DNA of 64,000 nt from a virus (Duplodnaviria; Caudoviricetes), in IMG/VR virus record IMGVR_UViG_3300037400_002156, positions 64,001 through 128,000 of that record; one strand, 5' to 3'. The position numbers were made by a program, and so were the translations under genes. This document shows positions 59,652 to 64,000 of this stretch, one piece after another; within the stretch, counting starts at the first letter, position 1, and the number at the start of each line of letters is the position of its first letter. The notes beneath the pieces were generated by a model. The model was not told the DNA's origin. It made no database searches and saw only the letters and a list, made by a program, of their open reading frames with translations.

Positions 59652-59784
59652 TTTATAACACATAATCAATGGTTTGTAAATAGAAAAATGCAAATCCTTG
59701 AAATTTTTTAAAGATCATTGAATGGATGTACTTAATCCATTCAATTTATGAGTATATAGTAACACAAGACACATAAAAAGTAAA
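59652..59784 (-). promoter_or_regulatory. Tandem sigma70-type early promoters, modules C and D
   Basis: TTTACA-17-TATAAA (59652-59680) and TTTACT-17-TACTAT (59756-59784). Confidence 0.7.
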
Positions 59785-59886
59785 CATAAAAAGTGTATCA
59801 TTTAGTATCACTTCTTAGATACATAGTGATAAAAATTTAGCCGTAGATTATTATATATATAATAATCTACGGCTTTATTTTATATA

Positions 59887-59967
59887 TTATAAATATCTGT
59901 CTAAATTATAACTGAAATATATTAGCAATGAAAACACTATTATTGAGGTAGCTATTAAATGAAACAT
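59887..59967 (-). CDS. 26-aa hydrophobic peptide (not in ORF track)
   Basis: MFHLIATSIIVFSLLIYFSYNLDRYL; GGAG RBS. Confidence 0.5.
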   Translation of the reverse strand: MFHLIATSIIVFSLLIYFSYNLDRYL

Positions 59968-59985
59968 TGTAATTTCTCCATATAT

Positions 59986-60075
59986 TTAATCTCCGCTCTT
60001 AAACCATAAAATTATACTAGCGAAGAATATGAAGCATATTACAATCACATTAAAATATGATATATCTGTGTACAT
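59986..60075 (-). CDS. 29-aa hydrophobic peptide (not in ORF track)
   Basis: MYTDISYFNVIVICFIFFASIILWFKSGD; GGAG RBS. Confidence 0.5.
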   Translation of the reverse strand: MYTDISYFNVIVICFIFFASIILWFKSGD

Positions 60076-60104
60076 ATATGCTCCATTATAAATTAATGTA
60101 AATC

Positions 60105-60143
60105 ATGTAATACTATGTAATACTATGTAATACATGTAATACT
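60105..60143. repeat. About 4 tandem copies of ATGTAATACT
   Basis: Seen directly. Confidence 0.85.
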
Positions 60144-60176
60144 TAATTAGATATATAGTAAGACGTGTTTGCTTAA

Positions 60177-60839
60177 TTACCAGTCGGCATTCATAAATAT
60201 TGCTTCTTTTGTGAAATCAGTATCATTCAATATTCTACTAAATTGAATATATATTTCGCATACTTTATAAAATAAGAAGTCATCCAACACACCAAGTGCT
60301 TTAGAACATATGCTGCCTGCTTCTTCTATCATTTTATCTGTAAACAGACTATTTTTAAATACAAGATAGTCAGATCTATCTCCACCCCATCGAATTGTAT
60401 CACCGCTATAATTAATAGGAGATTGTTCTATTTCTAATCCTTTATCAGTAAAATGCTTTTCAACTGTAAGGATTAATTTCTTTGACACTGTAACAAGGTC
60501 TTCAATTTGAGCCTTTGCTATTTCAACATCTTTACCATAATCTTCATCACTATAATTGAAATGATTAACTATCCACCATAACTCTCTGAAATAAGCTACT
60601 TCATCACCATCTTTATAAGTATAATACAAGCGGCTGTTACGATACAAGTAATTTGTTATAATGCCGATAAGACAATTTTCAAAATTTAGGTGATTCTCTG
60701 TTGTATAATAATAAAGGTCCTCAATCGCAGTTTTCAAATCTTTACTAGTTGAATTCTGTAACTCTGCAGTAATATCTGAAAATGGCTTTGAAGTATGACG
60801 ATGCTTAGGTTTCCTTATAAAATAAACATCAAGTCCCAC
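60177..60839 (-). CDS. Hypothetical phage protein (MGLD family)
   Basis: MGLDVYF...EVAYFR...ADW. Confidence 0.65.
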   Translation of the reverse strand: MGLDVYFIRKPKHRHTSKPFSDITAELQNSTSKDLKTAIEDLYYYTTENHLNFENCLIGIITNYLYRNSRLYYTYKDGDEVAYFRELWWIVNHFNYSDEDYGKDVEIAKAQIEDLVTVSKKLILTVEKHFTDKGLEIEQSPINYSGDTIRWGGDRSDYLVFKNSLFTDKMIEEAGSICSKALGVLDDFLFYKVCEIYIQFSRILNDTDFTKEAIFMNADW

Positions 60840-60879
60840 ATTATGCCTCTTATAAAATATGTTATCTTGTTGATAATGT

Positions 60880-61407
60880 TTAAGACACTGAATGAGTCTC
60901 AGAAGTCAAATCACATTTATTATAACTAAAGTCATTCTCACGTTTTTTCTGTGTAATTAAATTTCTTTCTCTAATCTCTCCTTGTTTACGTATAGTTACA
61001 AATGCCTTAATCTCATCAGTTATACTAACATCTTCTTCTTGACTATGTATTTCATGATGCGCTTTTTCACACAACCACTGCAGATTCTGTGGCCGATTGT
61101 CAAATATATTATGGTTTATATGATGACAATGAAGCTCACCCTCACATATATGATTAGGATCAGTGCATGAACACTTTTTAATTAAACACATCTTTGCTAC
61201 TTCACGTGCTAAATGATATGCAGTACTCATCAGATTTTCAATTTCTTTATCATCACCACGGCGAACCGCATTTATATGTTTCATTTTACGAGACCTATAA
61301 GATTTTTTCGCGCCTCGTTTTGCACATTTATCAGAACAATAAATAGTATTTCTTGCGTCTGATTCAAATGTTGCACCACATATTTTACAGGTCTTCGTAA
61401 ATGACAT
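60880..61407 (-). CDS. HNH endonuclease with N-terminal zinc ribbon
   Basis: CKICG...YCSDKC; HHINHNIFDNRPQNLQWLCEKAHHEIH. Confidence 0.85.
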   Translation of the reverse strand: MSFTKTCKICGATFESDARNTIYCSDKCAKRGAKKSYRSRKMKHINAVRRGDDKEIENLMSTAYHLAREVAKMCLIKKCSCTDPNHICEGELHCHHINHNIFDNRPQNLQWLCEKAHHEIHSQEEDVSITDEIKAFVTIRKQGEIRERNLITQKKRENDFSYNKCDLTSETHSVS

Positions 61408-61422
61408 ACTAACCTCACAAGA

Positions 61423-61719
61423 TTAATCAACGTAATCAAAAATTACACTTTCAGGAATTTCAAAAGCTGATCCACAGAATTTCATGCAGTCTTCTTCTTC
61501 GTTGTATTTAAAGAACTTACGAACTTTAAGTACCTTCATAAGTCTCATTGTAGGAATAACTTTATTAAAAGTACGCCCACATTTTGTATATGAAAAGTAA
61601 ATCAGTGGTGATTGCATTATATGATTTGTAAGTAAGAAATTTTTAAACTGAGGTCGATGACTCACCACAGGAGTCATCATTTTAAATCCTTTGTAATTCA
61701 CAAGCACTGTATGTTTCAT
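61423..61719 (-). CDS. Hypothetical protein
   Basis: 98 aa, GAGG RBS. Confidence 0.55.
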   Translation of the reverse strand: MKHTVLVNYKGFKMMTPVVSHRPQFKNFLLTNHIMQSPLIYFSYTKCGRTFNKVIPTMRLMKVLKVRKFFKYNEEEDCMKFCGSAFEIPESVIFDYVD

Positions 61720-61771
61720 AGTAACCTCACGTATTATTAAATGGATCCATTTCCATTTAATTTATGAGTAT

Positions 61772-61800
61772 ATAATAACAAATTCTGTGATTGATGTAAA
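61772..61800 (-). promoter_or_regulatory. Sigma70-type early promoter, module E
   Basis: TTTACA-17-TATTAT; second promoter TTTACA-17-TATAAT at 61864-61892. Confidence 0.75.
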
Positions 61801-62097
61801 TAGAAAAAGTGTATTAAATTTGTAATAGACTGTATCAAACTGTAACTGAAATTTTGCTGCTATATTATATCACAATTATCACTGTATGTAAATAGAAAAC
61901 TTAAAAATTTAGTTTATATAAATACACAAAAAGAAGATTATATACTAATTACTTAATATATAATCTTCAGATATATTATTTTATAGTCAGTCTAATTTAA
62001 TATATTTAAATTAAAATTTGTATTTATATAAATTATGAATTTTATTAAGAACACAAAGATAAGTGTATTATGTCAATATTATTAAATATATTTATAA

Positions 62098-62469
62098 CTA
62101 AATATCATACGGTTCACGTACATTTTGAATCATGCAATCCAAAGTATCTATTGCAACTTCTATTGCTTTCCAAAGTTCAGTAGGATTTACCATTTCATAT
62201 TTATTTGGTACATGATTATCACGGCGCCATTTATTATGTTGAATAAGAATCTTCATTGCATCTCGCATTGACATCTTTGGATGATCACTTTCTACAAACC
62301 AAAAATCATTTTTATTAAAAACGTCTTCACTAAGTGTTTCAATATTAGGTATACCAAAGTCTACGTCAAATAGCATACATACGTCACTGCAGTATATGTC
62401 ATTATTATAGACAACGTATTCAGCATTAGTATCATACTTAAGTTTCTTTCCGCAATGTTTACAACGCAT
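62098..62469 (-). CDS. Zn-finger hypothetical protein
   Basis: CKHCG...YCSDVC. Confidence 0.6.
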   Translation of the reverse strand: MRCKHCGKKLKYDTNAEYVVYNNDIYCSDVCMLFDVDFGIPNIETLSEDVFNKNDFWFVESDHPKMSMRDAMKILIQHNKWRRDNHVPNKYEMVNPTELWKAIEVAIDTLDCMIQNVREPYDI

Positions 62470-62481
62470 ATTGTTAGACTC

Positions 62482-62784
62482 CTATTCAACTACTTCACGT
62501 GTGTCAAGACGCTTATGTATAATAAGTTTTATTTTTCTGTCAGAATATTTTTCTTTAAGATAATCCAAATGCTTTATTGCCTTCTCATCGCTATCAAACT
62601 CTGGATCATTTTCATATAATGGGCACCAATAGTTTTCATTGCAAGCGTAACCACCATTTTCTACATACTGAAAATAATGGTAACCAACCAAGCTAAATTC
62701 AACTTTTGCATTGCCTTCAACAAAAGGTAACATTTGATTAAGTATTGAATCCTTTGTTACTACTGAACCATTTTTATGATGCAT
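62482..62784 (-). CDS. Hypothetical protein
   Basis: 100-aa ORF. Confidence 0.5.
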   Translation of the reverse strand: MHHKNGSVVTKDSILNQMLPFVEGNAKVEFSLVGYHYFQYVENGGYACNENYWCPLYENDPEFDSDEKAIKHLDYLKEKYSDRKIKLIIHKRLDTREVVE

Positions 62785-62796
62785 GTTATATACCTA

Positions 62797-63969
62797 TTAT
62801 CGGTGATATTTTAGAAGGAAGTTTGGAGATACGCATTTGAAGTTCTGTTGACCATCTTGTGAATAGAAAACAAACCCTTCAATATCACCGCCATCAATTG
62901 CAGATTTGCATGAATCTACATAATCAACAATTTCTTCTACTGATTTTGGAATTTTATAATCATAATCGTAAACATGAACATGTGGTAATTCGCGATCTTC
63001 ACAGATCTTAATCATTTCTTTAATTGGCAGTCGTTTACCATCAAACCAAATATGAAATACCACAAAGTCGTGTTTATTGTTATTCAATGAGTAATTACGT
63101 TTTTGTACTTTATCACCGTAAGTCTCACCTTGAATTGCAACAGTCTTTAAGCCATGTACAGTTTTTAGAGACTTAAGCAATTCTTCCATATTGTATTTAG
63201 CACCTGATTCGGCCCAAATATTATTTTTAAAATAATCGCCGCCATCTGAACCTTCTTCAGGATTTTTAATTACATTATGAGAACCTACAAAGTAATTATT
63301 TTTCTCATCGAGAATGAATGAGGTTGAAGCACCATCAACCTTTTCAGTAATAATATATACATCATCACTTCCCAATAAGCAAGGGATATTTTGAATTCTT
63401 TCAGACCCAGTCTTTGGTAACCACTCTGGCCATTTACATTTTGCTTTATCTTTTTTATGTGCAAATAGTTTTGAAAGTACCCACCGTACAGGTTTGTATT
63501 TCATTAAATATTTGACGATTGGATTTTTAAAGAATTTCTTATGACGATCCACTGCACGTTGAAAATCAGAGATTTTAGGTTTAGAACATACGTTTTCTTG
63601 TACAGGCTCAGGATCATACTTTTCTACGTGTAATTTATCGGTTACAAAATCACCTTCTTTACAAGCTTTTAATTCAGGGAAATCTGATAATGGAAGTACA
63701 AGTCCCTGTGATACAACACCACAAATTTTAATTGGTTTAACAAGGTATTTACGTTTTGCCATAAATGCAAATCGAGAATCATTTACAGGCAACTTAGAAT
63801 CAATCTCGAAATAAACGGCAAGATCACCTTCTTTAATGTCTTTAGACGCAACGCACCACCATCCCAAAACTCTCACGTAGTGCACGTTAGTATAATTAGG
63901 CAATTCCTTAGTTTCAAGTACTTTGACGATATATGCTAGTTCTCGCTCATTAGTTTTTTGATTTAACAT
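62797..63969 (-). CDS. RNA ligase (Rnl2/DRB0094-like) with N-terminal OB domain
   Basis: YFEIDS, SQGL, TEKVDG (motif I), QGE, EGFVF, FKCVS. Confidence 0.9.
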   Translation of the reverse strand: MLNQKTNERELAYIVKVLETKELPNYTNVHYVRVLGWWCVASKDIKEGDLAVYFEIDSKLPVNDSRFAFMAKRKYLVKPIKICGVVSQGLVLPLSDFPELKACKEGDFVTDKLHVEKYDPEPVQENVCSKPKISDFQRAVDRHKKFFKNPIVKYLMKYKPVRWVLSKLFAHKKDKAKCKWPEWLPKTGSERIQNIPCLLGSDDVYIITEKVDGASTSFILDEKNNYFVGSHNVIKNPEEGSDGGDYFKNNIWAESGAKYNMEELLKSLKTVHGLKTVAIQGETYGDKVQKRNYSLNNNKHDFVVFHIWFDGKRLPIKEMIKICEDRELPHVHVYDYDYKIPKSVEEIVDYVDSCKSAIDGGDIEGFVFYSQDGQQNFKCVSPNFLLKYHR

Positions 63970-64000
63970 GTTAAGCTCCCTATTTATTTAAGTCCATCTT

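Noticed and set aside
3795-61170. All plus-strand ORFs in the track, and short nested minus-strand ORFs (40341, 52006, 53739, 54932, 58005)
   Set aside because: They are antisense or alternate-frame shadows of well-supported genes, with no RBS or motifs.
1-64000. Genome-wide alternative genetic code (TGA or TAG as sense)
   Set aside because: Genes are intact under code 11, TAG ends many genes cleanly, and ATGA stop/start overlaps show TGA terminates. Only local readthrough is proposed.

Overview
AT-rich segment of a large (probably jumbo) tailed phage with T4-like head genes. Every credible gene is on the minus strand. The host is probably Gram-negative, judging by an i-/o-spanin pair. Structural and lysis genes: tail fibres, T4 gp20-like portal, terminase large subunit, a gp26-like hub/chaperone with a probable frameshift extension, amidase endolysin and spanins. 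Replication and recombination genes: RecA, TOPRIM primase, DnaN-sized clamp, DnaX-like clamp loader subunits, SbcD with a split SbcC, gp32-like SSB, RuvC-like resolvase and HU. Also present: GlyA, thioredoxin, deoxynucleoside kinase, a deaminase, two sigma-like factors, homing endonucleases and an RNA ligase. The most notable signals are: (1) at least 8 otherwise diverse proteins, including four ankyrin proteins (one with an ADP-ribosyltransferase-like domain), share an LExR(I/V/L)xRLE coiled-coil leader ending in Glu, suggesting a capsid-targeted injected-cargo system; (2) a 1.7 kb nearly gene-free island holds an iteron/AT-only origin candidate, two large structured ncRNA candidates and two aberrant tRNA-like genes; (3) the portal and a tail fibre have protein-like in-frame extensions beyond their TGA stops; (4) a repeated early-promoter module combines helically phased upstream hexamers with a GGA-rich leader hairpin. 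All functional calls come from motif recognition by eye; no searches were run.
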